A DNA stretch of 61,920 nucleotides, filler included, from Blastocystis sp. subtype 4 (Eukaryota), in assembly GCF_000743755.1 (NCBI RefSeq). It is 13 parts of 13 records of this genome, joined end to end, with 100 filler letters (N's around TTAATTAATTAA, not from the genome) between each part and the next. Parts side by side here need not be neighbours in the genome. Positions count along the whole stretch, not along the records: positions 38,941 to 43,302 come from NW_014569034.1; positions 43,403 to 47,747 come from NW_014569033.1; positions 47,848 to 52,230 come from NW_014569032.1; 10 more parts are not named here. One strand, given 5' to 3'. The notes beneath the pieces are model-generated. The model did not search any database. It saw only the letters and a program-made list of their open reading frames with translations, and was not told the DNA's origin. Position numbers and translations under genes: made by a program. Positions 41,285 through 52,330 of this stretch are shown here, in pieces; position 1 is the stretch's first letter; each line of letters opens with the position of its first letter.

Positions 41285-42150
41285 TTATTCTTTCTTCATA
41301 TACACTCCAGCCTTACAAGGACGCAATACACGTTCCTTAAACATATATCCAGCTGTTACAATCTGACCCAACGTATTTGGTTCTGCACCTTCCTTCAATG
41401 GCATCTGGAACATTGCTTCATGAACATGAGGATTAAACGCTTCACCCACTTCACCAAACTACACTCATAACAACAACAATTCCCTCACCTTCTTAATACC
41501 TTGAGCACCCAATACCTTCTCCAACTCCTTCTGGGTCATCACAACACCTTGATACAGAGAAACAAGGACCTACCTTACAACACTTCCAAACTCACTACCT
41601 TATCAGCTTCTTCTCCTTCTACACTCTCCTTTGGAACACTACTCACAGCCAGATTCAGATAGTCACATACACACAACAAACTCTTTCCGAAACTCTGAAT
41701 AGAATACTGTCTCTCACTAACCAATCAATCTCTTTCTTAATTCACACTTCTGCACATCTCGTTTGGCAATCATTCGGACATTCTGCATTTCAGCAAGAAG
41801 ACGAATGTTCTTGTCTTTCAAATCCTTCAGCTACAGATCACACACCAGTTTCATTCACTACCTCCTTGCTACTGGCATCCAACTGTTTCTTAATCTCTTC
41901 AAGCTGTTCTTCAATCGTCTTCTCTTCCTGTTTAGATGCTTCAGGAGTTACTCCATCCGCAGCAGGAGTCTCTTCAAAGAGTGGAAGTGAAGAATGGAAG
42001 GCTTGTGTGAAAACAGCAGAACGGAGAGTCGGAAGGACTCTAGATGGAATTCCAATCTGAAGAGAACGAAGAGCTAAAGAAGTGAAACGGAACTACATGA
42101 GGTAAGTCGGGGAGAACACTTCCGACTGATGAACAATGTTTACTTACCAT
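41285..42150 (-). CDS. GRPE: Mitochondrial-type GrpE (Mge1) nucleotide exchange factor
   Basis: RLLAEMQNVR, IQSFGKSLL, YQGVVMTQKEL, FNPHVHEAMF, GYMFKERVLRPCKAGV; N-terminal presequence-like region. Confidence 0.88.
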
Positions 42151-42234
42151 TGATTCAATCTAATTAGGGTTAGGGAACACCTGTACAACTGATCAAATAA
42201 TCTCTGGCAATTGTGTTTCAACAAACAATCGCAT

Positions 42235-43085
42235 CTAATTCTTCTTTTTTCCTTTCAATAGAGAGACAGTAACAGGGGTAGGATAGATACTTCCATTAGG
42301 TACATAATAGTTGCTTCCTGCAACAGGTGTATCTGACAGAGTAACTTCAACGGTGAATTTCTTTTTATTTTTGATATACTTCTGGAGTTGCTCATTGTCA
42401 TCAAAAATCACTCCCTTCCTCTGTAGCAATATTAGCTCGGGTTTCACTTCCAGATCTGCGGCAATTGCAGAACGTAGTTCATACACATAACTGTTTAGAT
42501 AAGCAGCATATCGAGCTTTATTGTTATCCTTAATAGCATTGTAAGTAATAGCGCCAGCAATGAGAGGGAGAGCTAGACCTCCAGTAAACAACAGGGCAGC
42601 AGCACCCACACCAACACCAATCAAGGCGCTCTTTTCTTTATTCTCTTGCTTGTTATATTCAACAAGGACTGTAATAGTATCTCCCTTTGGCTGTTGTGGT
42701 AAAGGATAAGGAGAGTTGACATTTGGAGTAGTAGCAGGAGCAAAGAACTGAGCATCAGGAGACTGCAAAATCTGATCTGCAGACGACTGTGGAGGGACTG
42801 CTGGGGCTGGCTGAGCTGTATACACAGGAATCATACCTGGTACATATGCAGGAGCCATAGGGTTAACAGATGGATCATTTTGAGCAGGAGGAATCGTCTG
42901 CAGACTTTCTAAAGAAGGAAAAACAGATGTAGGATTCTCCTGAACATTTAAAGGAACTGGGGCAGGTTGAGCATATTGAGAATATATAGGATACGCAGGC
43001 TGACCGTTTTGAGGAACAGCACCATTATTAGCAAAATCGTTTGAAGACTACTATTTACCATCAAAGCATCTCCACTTACATTCAT
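42235..43085 (-). CDS. Pro/Gln-rich protein with hydrophobic segment and possible ubiquitin-like domain
   Basis: P/Q/Y-rich N-terminus, GVGVGAAALLFTGG segment, VYELRSAIA..V.PELILL..KG..FDDNEQL. Confidence 0.5.
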
Positions 43086-43264
43086 GAACAATACTACTGT
43101 TAAATAAGAATGATAATGACTTCTTTAAGGACAAGAGATACGGTTTTTTGAAGAGCAAGTTTCGAAGAAGTTCGATTCCTGTTAACAAACAAGCACATCA
43201 TGTATTAAGGTCGGCACACACGCACCGTAGTGTCGCCCACACTTTCCTTAACACGACAGAAAGC

Positions 43265-43302
43265 TTAATAAGCCTTAGCTCCCTTGCTCAGGAAGTCAGT
43301 AT
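43265..43302 (-). CDS. Possible C-terminus of 40S ribosomal protein S2 (contig edge)
   Basis: YTDFLSKGAKAY* only; very short. Confidence 0.35.
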
Positions 43303-44280
43303 NNNNNNNNNNNNNNNNNNNNNNNNNNNNNNNNNNNNNNNNNNNNTTAATTAATTAANNNNNNNNNNNNNNNNNNNNNNNNNNNNNNNNNNNNNNNNNN
43401 NNGATGAAGAGCGTCGTGCCAAATATCTTGAACGAAAACGGATTGTTGAAGAGTATGAGAAATCATTGAAGAATGCTGAACGAGCTCGAAATGATAAGAA
43501 TAGAAATCCAGAAGTGAAGGAACAAGATGCAAATGAATTGAAGTCTGGAAGTGTTGATCCAATTCGTCGTGAACTGGATAGTGTTAAGAAGAATGATATT
43601 GTTAGTCAAATCATTAACAAAGGTTAGTATAGTCGAAATAGTGGTATTCGATTGTTCGCGGCTAAGAACGGTCGCAATTAACAGATTCTCACTTTTGATG
43701 GAATATAATAATGTGTAGTGATATTCCAAGACACTGACCTGAATGATTTCGTCAGAGGAACCGGATACCTAATACCTATTATTCCTTGTATAATCCCTAT
43801 GTAACAGCAATAAAATAGGAAAGGTAATCCTTTATCTATCCTATGGGCTCGAAAACCAATCAAATATGTTCATTCATTACTGACACAAATCGCATAATTA
43901 ATTACATTGCTAATTGCCCAACTACCGTGTTTCTATCCAGTTATTATTCACAGCACAAATAGAGTGAATTTTGGTAATGAATATTGCGTTTGTTAGTCAC
44001 TTTGTTTATTGCCTATTTTTCGTGTTTATCACCAGTTATCTATGAATCAAACTCGTGCATACTTCTGTCATACCAGTTGCTGTGTAAGGGAGGTCAGAGG
44101 TGCACAGCGCCTCCGACCTCCCTCCAGAATCCGATTGGCCTCAGGTCTCATTATGCTGTATCTAATAATAGTTCTTATTCTCTTTCTCAATAACTCCTTT
44201 CACTCCGGATGCCAATTATGTAGTAATCATCATGTCACTTAATAGTAGCATTATCTACTCAATTGATAGTAGTTAAAGTG

Positions 44281-46577
44281 AGAAGGAAATCAGAGATAAC
44301 TTTATCATCACTATTTGTGAATGCTTCAGTGAATAGTGGAGACAGTGAAGGATAATCACCACTAGAATATGATTATGATGATATCAAGTATCCCATTCCA
44401 TTCAATGAGCTTGTTGGAAAGAAAGAGAATCGTTATGTTGATTTCAATGTGACGAGAGAAGGTTTTCCTTCATTCCTCAACTTTGGAGTTGTTCAGCCAT
44501 CTCTCAATCCTGATAATGAATATGTAATTGTGGCAGGTGCTTCACAGAATCATATTATATCTTTAGTAAATCTACTGTATTCCACATTGTTAGCTAATCC
44601 TTATTCTCCTCTTGTCATTGTGGATTATGGCATCTATGAAGCTGGGTTGATGTATCTACTATCCAATATTACTCAGATTCACTTACTTCGGAAACAAATT
44701 GGAAGTGAATCACCTATCTATTATCGCAAATTCAACTTTGATCATTTTCCAGAATGGTGTAGAATCACTGAACCTCTCTCTGTAGGAGGTTATTCATGGA
44801 AGATTATTACCATTTTCGATGTCATCACTGAATACAAAGGAGTAGTGTTATGGGCAGATGCAGGAAGTATCGTTGGAAACATTGATAAGGATATTCGAAG
44901 TGCCAGAATGAATGGTTTCTATTCCAATTCTGCTGGACACAGTATTCGGAAATGGACTCATCCTGGTACATATCAGTATCTTGAGGAGATGAAGTGGATA
45001 TCTGTTGTGAATTCTACTAAAGACAAATGGTGTTGTAATGTTGGATATCTGATTATTGACTACAGGAATAGAACAGTGATGGAGAATATCATATATCCAA
45101 CAGTCAAGTGTTCTTTGACTAAGAAATGTATCACTCCTATTGGTAGTCATCGAAGGAATCACAGACAAGATCAATCAGTTATCTCCATTTTCGTTCAGTC
45201 CTTGGGCATTCATCAATCATGTGATCCTCAACATCCTTCATCAGTTCAGTCTCATAAGGATGATGAGAAGCATAACTATCGAATTGATATAGATGGAAGA
45301 TTCCTTCAGACATTGAAATCCAAGTACAACGTCACAATCACCAATGCTTTATATTCAACTGTGATTGGTAATGACTATTCATCTTCAAATGGTTCACTCA
45401 ATACTGTTTCTTCTGATTCATTGAAATCGAATGGTGAAATAATCCTTCCTACAGTATCACAATCTTCATTCAAACAGTCTTCAACAGAAGAGGTCTATTA
45501 TGATTGGGGTGATTCTGTTAGTCAGTATTCAATGATCTCCTGATGTCTAGATTACAATCAGAAATGTTTGGATATTCTTAAGGTGATCAAGGGTCCAAAT
45601 GACTATAAGATCTTGCATGATGGATATCCAGGAGGACTGGGACACAAGTATTGGTCTTTCCATTTAACTCTCACTTATGCTCTATTACTCAAACGTCATT
45701 TTTATAGTAGAATTGATTCAATGAATTCATTCTAGTTTATCTTCCTCTGAACTTCTGGAGGAATACTGCCAATTGTATAACAACTGATCAATCTCTTTTG
45801 ATCTCTAATAGATCCAGTCTATTCACTGGATATAGGATAGTCAGTAAAAGTACTTGTCTCAAAGCTCGTTCAATAACCTCAGTATTTGGATCTGAAGATG
45901 TGGTGACTGTTGATTGTCATATCTCAGATGGAATTCTTGGCTCCAAGTCAAGTGTACTCACATTACAACAGAATGGAATCATTTCTCCTTCAGATTCATA
46001 TTGGAATTACAGACGATATGTCCATCGGATTCTTTTCAATCCATCCATTGAACTTCAAAATGTGATTCAAAACAACAAACGATTATTGTTCACTCGGAAG
46101 TATGTTGTTGGAGTTCAAGTTCGAATGGGAGGATGTCTGGCTGATTACCATGAGAGGTCTCAAATGATGACAATGGCTCAATTGAGATCATATCCCAATA
46201 CTATTGTGAAAGTGATGAGAAAATGGAATTATGATTCAAACAACACAGTGATCTATTTGTCTACTGATTCTTCTTATGCTGAGAGGTATATTCGACAGAA
46301 GCTGGGACCAAATTATGAAATTGGAGTTGCCAAGACATTCAAACGATCCCATTCTCGGAATCTGGGTAATGATGAACCAGTGAAGAATGCTCTTGTTGAT
46401 TTGTATCTGTTAGCAGATTCAGATGTATTGATAATATGTAAAAATAGTGCATTTGGTCGAGCTGCTTTGTCAATGACACGAGCTCGACGTACTCTAGTAT
46501 ACTATGTTACTCATTCCCTTCTTACCAATTGGAATGGTACTAATGGCCTATGTGAGGTAGAAAGAGATGTCATATAG
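44281..46577 (+). pseudogene. DUF1647-like domain fused to GT23/NodZ-like fucosyltransferase domain; 5' end disrupted
   Basis: YSWK, VLWADAG, NHRQDQS; after short introns GGLGH, VGVQVRMG, IYLSTDS, ALVDLYLLADSD..SAFG; in-frame TAA at 44353-44355 and no start codon. Confidence 0.6.
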
Positions 46578-46836
46578 ATAGCGATTGTTTCTTAATAGAA
46601 GACTTACAAATGAATAATTTCATATTCTTTCCCAACACTTCTTTCTAGGGGATATCTGATTTCATTCATCTGTGGGATCTTCATACGCCAACTGAAAGTT
46701 GATACGATGTGATTCACAGTAATGTTCATAATTATCATACAAAGGATATAGGAGAGATGGTTATTGTTTGTATACAAACCAATTACTATTAGAGGCCTGA
46801 GATTATCTTGTTCAGGAGACATTGATCCTCTGTAGG

Positions 46837-46980
46837 AGTAGTCAGGTTTGACATATATCACGTACAAATTGGAAGTAGACAAACCATCACCAACATCGCC
46901 TCAATCCTGGATAGCTATACAGGTTTACTTTCGGAATAAGATCAAAATGGAAGACTCACTTTACCCTTTCGAGACATATT
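46837..46980 (+). mobile_element. Polinton-like element terminus, copy 2
   Basis: AGTAGT start, AGACAAACC..AACAT..CCTGGATAGCTATACA core, GATCAAAATGGAAG shared with the 48041 copy. Confidence 0.7.
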
Positions 46981-47057
46981 GTCGGGTGATTAACAACGAG
47001 AATTGTGTCGTTAAAGTAAATGTACTACTCAATAATCATTCAAGGTTAACCATTGAA

Positions 47058-47560
47058 TGGATTATTCACTTGGGACAATCGTTATCGTTTTAATAATCCA
47101 TTCATTACAATGATGATAGTACTATTCACACCTTCTTCAGATGCTCTACTCTCAAACCAATACTGTATCTAATGGTAAAGGAGAATCTGTTGTGTTTGAT
47201 AAAGGATATTATACTCTACCTCACATTATTGCTATGCTCAGTCAAGTGCAATACATATCATCTCAATATCCAATGCTGTTACCAGTTATGATTGTATTCA
47301 TATTGATTCCAATTGTTCAGTTGATTGCTCACAAGCACCAGATTTCATCGATATTCTGGGTCTACAGAAACAGTATATGAACAAGGAAGTAATAGGGGAA
47401 CAAACATCATTGATATCACTAGAAAGAGACAAGTGATTCAAGTTCTTCAATTGTAAACATCTGATCTTAAGATTGTCAATCAGAACAACAATCTGATTAC
47501 TACAATATCACTGATGATCCTAGTCAGATGCTTGAATACTGCTGAAGATGAAACATTCGA
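47058..47560 (+). pseudogene. Degenerate minor capsid (penton)-like gene A
   Basis: Intronless and frameshifted; VFDKGYYTL..IIAML, APDF.DILGL, NIIDITR..QVIQV, NNLITT follow the GxY / LGF / D..I.V order of Polinton-type pentons. Confidence 0.5.
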
Positions 47561-47576
47561 AAGGAGTTGTTAGTAA

Positions 47577-47747
47577 ATGAACAATAGTCTGCCATTGAGT
47601 CAATTAGTGATAAGTGCTGTTATACCAGCTGGTGAATCTCATACAGTGATAGATATAGATAAGAAATCATTTCCAGATGATATCGATTTGACTATCAATA
47701 GTGTTGTAGTGAAGATTGATACTACATCTTTGTACAATGTGAAGACA
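47577..47747 (+). CDS. 5' part of minor capsid (penton)-like gene B
   Basis: ATG 47577; 47649-47747 identical to 57435-57533, where the penton-like motifs continue. Confidence 0.55.
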
Positions 47748-47959
47748 NNNNNNNNNNNNNNNNNNNNNNNNNNNNNNNNNNNNNNNNNNNNTTAATTAAT
47801 TAANNNNNNNNNNNNNNNNNNNNNNNNNNNNNNNNNNNNNNNNNNNNTCTCCCTGGTTGTGATGATGTGTTGATTGACTCAGCTATTGCTGCTACCAGAG
47901 GAGTAATCGAGCAGTTGGAGATTATTAAGAAGAAGATTTAATGTCAGCGCTTGTGAATG

Positions 47960-48040
47960 TCTTTGTTGTGGAATCATCGAAACTGATAGTATAACAATCA
48001 CCTGACACATCACTCTGTATCACCTACCAATCTCTGTATT
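47960..48040 (-). pseudogene. Remnant of Ig-like surface protein gene cut by element insertion
   Basis: 47999-48040 aligns to 15588-15629 and stops exactly at AGTAGT 48041. Confidence 0.7.
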
Positions 48041-48501
48041 AGTAGTAAGGTTTTGATGTATGCCACATTCAAATTTGAGGCATACAAGCTGTCATGAACA
48101 TGGGCCTTCCAATCCTGGGTAGCTATACAAGGTTACTTTCGAATTAAATGATCAAAATGGAAGGCTCCCTTACTATTTCGAACCAAGTTGTTGGATGACT
48201 AATAAAAGAAATGTGTTGATATCTTCAGACCAATCTGAGTTCAAATTTGGTTTCGTTTTATTCACTATTACTAGATGAGAATTCCATCACCTTCTTCCAT
48301 AAACGTTCCAAACGATTTGAGAAATCAATATCAAGGGAATCCATTCATAATGTTAGCCATTTCTCTCAGACTCTCCAATGTTTCAGATCATTTGGGTGAT
48401 AACACAAGATAAGATTGTTGTTCAATCCTTGAGTAATACAAATAATGTAAGAATGATTGGATTAAGGGTGATACAATTACTAATAACAAATCTACACCAT
48501 T

Positions 48502-49382
48502 GTGAATGAACTATCATACATTGCTTATGATGATGTCAGTAGTACAAATGCTGCTACACTTGGTCGTCCTTATGATGGTAAACTCTTCTATAATGTGTTG
48601 AAGTTAGTTCAGAAGTCAGGATCTACTGTTGCTTATTCAACTATCAATGTCAACTTTTCAGATATCTTTGAAGGATGTTCACAGGAACGATTCATCAATC
48701 TAACGCAAATGGATGCTCAGATCATTCCTACCAATGATGATGCATATTTCTACATTAGTAATGGTAAGATCAAGACAATGTCATCTCCTACTACAAATCC
48801 TGTAGATACTACATCTTTGATAGTTGTATTCTGTGGTATCATAGTTACAAGACTGCAAATGAAGATGCATTTGATCCTGAAGATACGAAACTGGTGAAGA
48901 ATCAGATTATGACGAAAACATTCAAGATTCCTGCAAATCAAGGATTCATTGATGATCGAGTCCTTGTGAACTTCCCAATTAAGATGATGTTTATGGTATT
49001 CACAGATGATAATGGTGATTTCAGCAGTTTGAAGGATGTACGATTTAAGCGTATTGCAATGAATATTGCTGGTGAACAGAAACGTATTCTGAATGTTGAT
49101 AATGGTAATAATCCTGATGGAATTGATCATACATTCTTTGAATGGGTTGATTATCTATGCAATTCTCGTAGTGATGAATATGATACTTTGTTGACCTATA
49201 AGACATGGCGAGATCAATTCCGTGTATTTGCATTCCCTATTGCAGAATGGTTCCCACAAAGAGCTCAAAATCAGTTGCAGTTTGAGATTGAATTGGATAA
49301 TTCTGATGATAATGCTCCTAACAAGACTGAAATATTGCAGATGCATTTGATAATGATTCGTGCTAATCAGGTTCAAGCATAG
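48502..49382 (+). pseudogene. Double-jelly-roll major capsid protein-like, frameshift near 48765
   Basis: INVNFSDIFEGCSQERFI, FDSCILWY, PIKMMFMVF, FKRIAMNIAG, LLTYKTWRDQFRVFAFPI, LQFEIEL resemble the motif series of Polinton/adintovirus-type MCPs. Confidence 0.65.
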
Positions 49383-49472
49383 GTTGAATTGAGTCTGTAA
49401 GGGTTAATCCATGCAACTGAACCCATAAGGACGAACACCATAAGTTTTTACTTTGTTCTAGTAAGAAATACT

Positions 49473-49960
49473 ATGCGAATGATAGAAATAGACAATTTCA
49501 CAAAGTCAGATTTCCAACCATACAATGATGATTATGTATACATTCCTATCAAACCAAAAGTTCATCAACAACATTCCAGAAAGATAATGGATAAGATGAT
49601 TCAGAAGTACTTTAACAAAGTTGAAGAAACAGCTCTTAATCCAACTCGTGTATTTGGTAACAAATGGCAATCTTTGAAAGCCACTTATGATACTTATATG
49701 GGTCTAACACCCAATGAACGTCGAAGAGTGGATGTTTCAAATATGCGTGGATATCAATTAGCAAGAAACTCTATTCATTTGAAGATAATTGTGTATACAA
49801 TGTAACAGTTGCTGATAAGTTCAACAAGATTGTTGTTGTTTCAAAAGATCACTTATTGTCTGACACTGAGAAACGAGCTGTGTTTGATAATCCATTTCAG
49901 TTTGAGCCTATATCTCCTTATAGAATTACTTGGCCTACTTCCACCATTCGAGATATGAAA
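49473..49960 (+). pseudogene. Unknown element ORF, frameshifted
   Basis: Intronless 110-aa ORF continuing in another frame (EDNCVYNVTVADKFNKIVVVSKDH). Confidence 0.4.
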
Positions 49961-50003
49961 GATTATTGAAATCAACAAGAGTGTTGATAAGCTCAGTGAT
50001 ACT

Positions 50004-52128
50004 ATGAATACCTTTACCACCAATATGAATACTGTTATGGATAACATATCTTCAACTACTTCTGCTCTAGTAAATCAAAATGCAATGATATACAATGACT
50101 TTAAACAACAAAGACAACAACAAGAACAACAAGAGCAAAAGATATTGAATAGTAATAGATTGTATTATAATAGAGATGGATCTTATGTTAGAAGCAAAGC
50201 CCTTTATGTTCATCGAGGTAGTAAAAACTACAATACATTAATAGAACATGGTTGGAAAGAAAATGGTGATGGAACAATGGTACACATTCGTTTCATTGAA
50301 GAACCTCAACCTGTGGTTCAGAATGTTATACAACAACAAATGGATATTCAACCCCTTATTATGCAAGTGAATAATGTTGTTGCTACACTATCCACTTTTG
50401 TAGATCAAATGACGAGTCTTGATCTTGCAACGAATATTGCAGATATCCATTCTATTCTTGGAGATATAGCAACAGTAGTACGAGGAATACCTAAGAATCA
50501 ATTAGTAATGAATAATGCAATGATTAAGTCAATTACAGATTTACAGAAACAAATAACAACCATAATTGATAAACAAGTACCTGCTTTAACAGATTTGAAT
50601 AATGCTTTCAATACAAGTAGTATTATGAATAGAGAGAATCGATTTGATGAACAAATAGGAAGATTGATTAATGCTCAGAATGATTTGTTCAAGAAGAGTG
50701 AGGATACAATAGCGGCTTTACAACAAAGAATTGATCCAGGTAGAGAAGTAGCAATTGCAAATGTTGTTCCTGGAGTAGATCCAGAAGTTCTTAAAGGGAT
50801 TAATTCGATGGAATCTTTCTTCAAGTTCTCAAATCCCAATTCCTTACTTACTTAACAAAGATGTTGGATGCAAATAATGCCCTAATAGAAAAGGTGATTC
50901 AAAATCAAAACAATCAAAGTGAAGCTTTGACAACGATATCAAGAACAAATTATCATGATCTAGTAGAACAACTACAGAAACAATCGTACAATCATTTCAA
51001 TCCACTTCTAGAAGATTTGAGTCAACAATCAACAAATACTCAAGAAATGTTAACAAATCTACAAAGAGACAAATCATTTGTTAATGGATATGCAAATTGA
51101 TAATCAGAATATGCATAAGGATAACCAGAATATGATGTTAGATATGTATGATGATAACAGAAACATGTTAGGAGTTATCAATCAGAATGTTGTAAATGGT
51201 AATCAACAAAGAGATGCTCAAATGCAAATGATTAATAGTCTACAAGATCAACAATCGTATTTGAATTGGATGATGGAAAATGGACTGACTCGAATTGAAA
51301 ATAGGGCTGATCAGTTCTATCAGGATTATCTTGAATTGCAGAGGAAGATTCCTCAAATTCAGTTTACTAACAATAACATACCATTATTGGATGGTACATC
51401 AGTTAGTCAATTACTATTAACAAATGATAATTCTACTATTGCTCCTGCAATTGTTGATAAAGTGAATACAATTGTACCAGTAATTGTGGAATATGATAAG
51501 TTCAATAATGCAAATATGGGTTATATTAATGAAAGGGATGTGATTCGTGATGACTTCTTATCATTCCTCAATGTTCTAGCAAAGAATCGTGATAACATAG
51601 TACTTATGCAGAAATGTCGTTCTAAAGGTCCAAGATTCTTATTCTCCATATTTCGTTTAAGACACAATTTTCCAAAGATATCAGAGTTCTTTGTTCGTCT
51701 TGCAAATGGAGTAATAACTACAGAAGAAGAAATGGATAGCTACTTTGATTATTTCGAGAATAACATATTAAATCATTATAAAGAGAAAGCTGATATAAAC
51801 CAAATGATTGATAGTGTAATCAATAGTGTGTTGTATTCAAACAAGGTACAATCAAGATTACAACCTATATCTCAGGGGTCTGAACAGACACAACCTCAGG
51901 ATTCAACACAATCTATAGTACAATCAAGTATGATATCTAGACAATATATCTCAGGGGTCTGAACAGACACAACCTCAGGACTCAACACAATCTATAGTAC
52001 AATCAAGTATGATATCTAGACAAAGAAGACCTTTCATAGGTACAAGATTACTAACACAAAAACCTGAACAGACAGATTATAGGATTATACATACAAATAA
52101 GCAATAATCTATGAATAGAAAGAACTGA
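50004..52128 (+). pseudogene. Long Gln/Asn-rich coiled-coil element ORF broken by frameshifts
   Basis: Consecutive ORFs 50004-50855, 50861-51100 and 51078-51962 with the same Q/N/M-rich composition and no introns. Confidence 0.55.
51866..52023 (+). repeat. 79-bp tandem duplication (2 copies, 1 mismatch)
   Basis: TATATCTCAGGGGTCTGAACAG...GATATCTAGACAA at 51866-51944 and 51945-52023. Confidence 0.92.
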
Positions 52129-52330
52129 AAGTAATTTCACTTTGTTTTTCTTATTAATAAACTACACAACATGAGTATTCCATTTACAGTTGATATATCT
52201 GCATTCTATGGTGAACCCGACTTTCGTGAANNNNNNNNNNNNNNNNNNNNNNNNNNNNNNNNNNNNNNNNNNNNTTAATTAATTAANNNNNNNNNNNNNN
52301 NNNNNNNNNNNNNNNNNNNNNNNNNNNNNN

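Larger units (their letters stand above)
48041..52230 (+). mobile_element. Endogenous Polinton-like virus segment (terminus copy 3 plus intronless co-oriented ORFs)
   Basis: AGTAGT terminus with conserved core, then capsid-like and unknown intronless ORFs; runs off contig end. Confidence 0.7.

Noticed and set aside
48764..48806. GTAAG..TAG 42-nt intron repairing the capsid gene
   Set aside because: Its length is a multiple of 3, so removal would not bring the two halves into frame
43403..52128. Reassigned TAA/TAG (non-standard code) explaining in-frame stops
   Set aside because: Conserved host genes here end in TAA, TAG and TGA, and the broken ORFs also have frameshifts, so decay is simpler
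46837..52230. Treating the two neighbouring element contigs as one continuous element
   Set aside because: They are separated by an artificial spacer and host-derived sequence, and both termini face the same way, so they are separate copies
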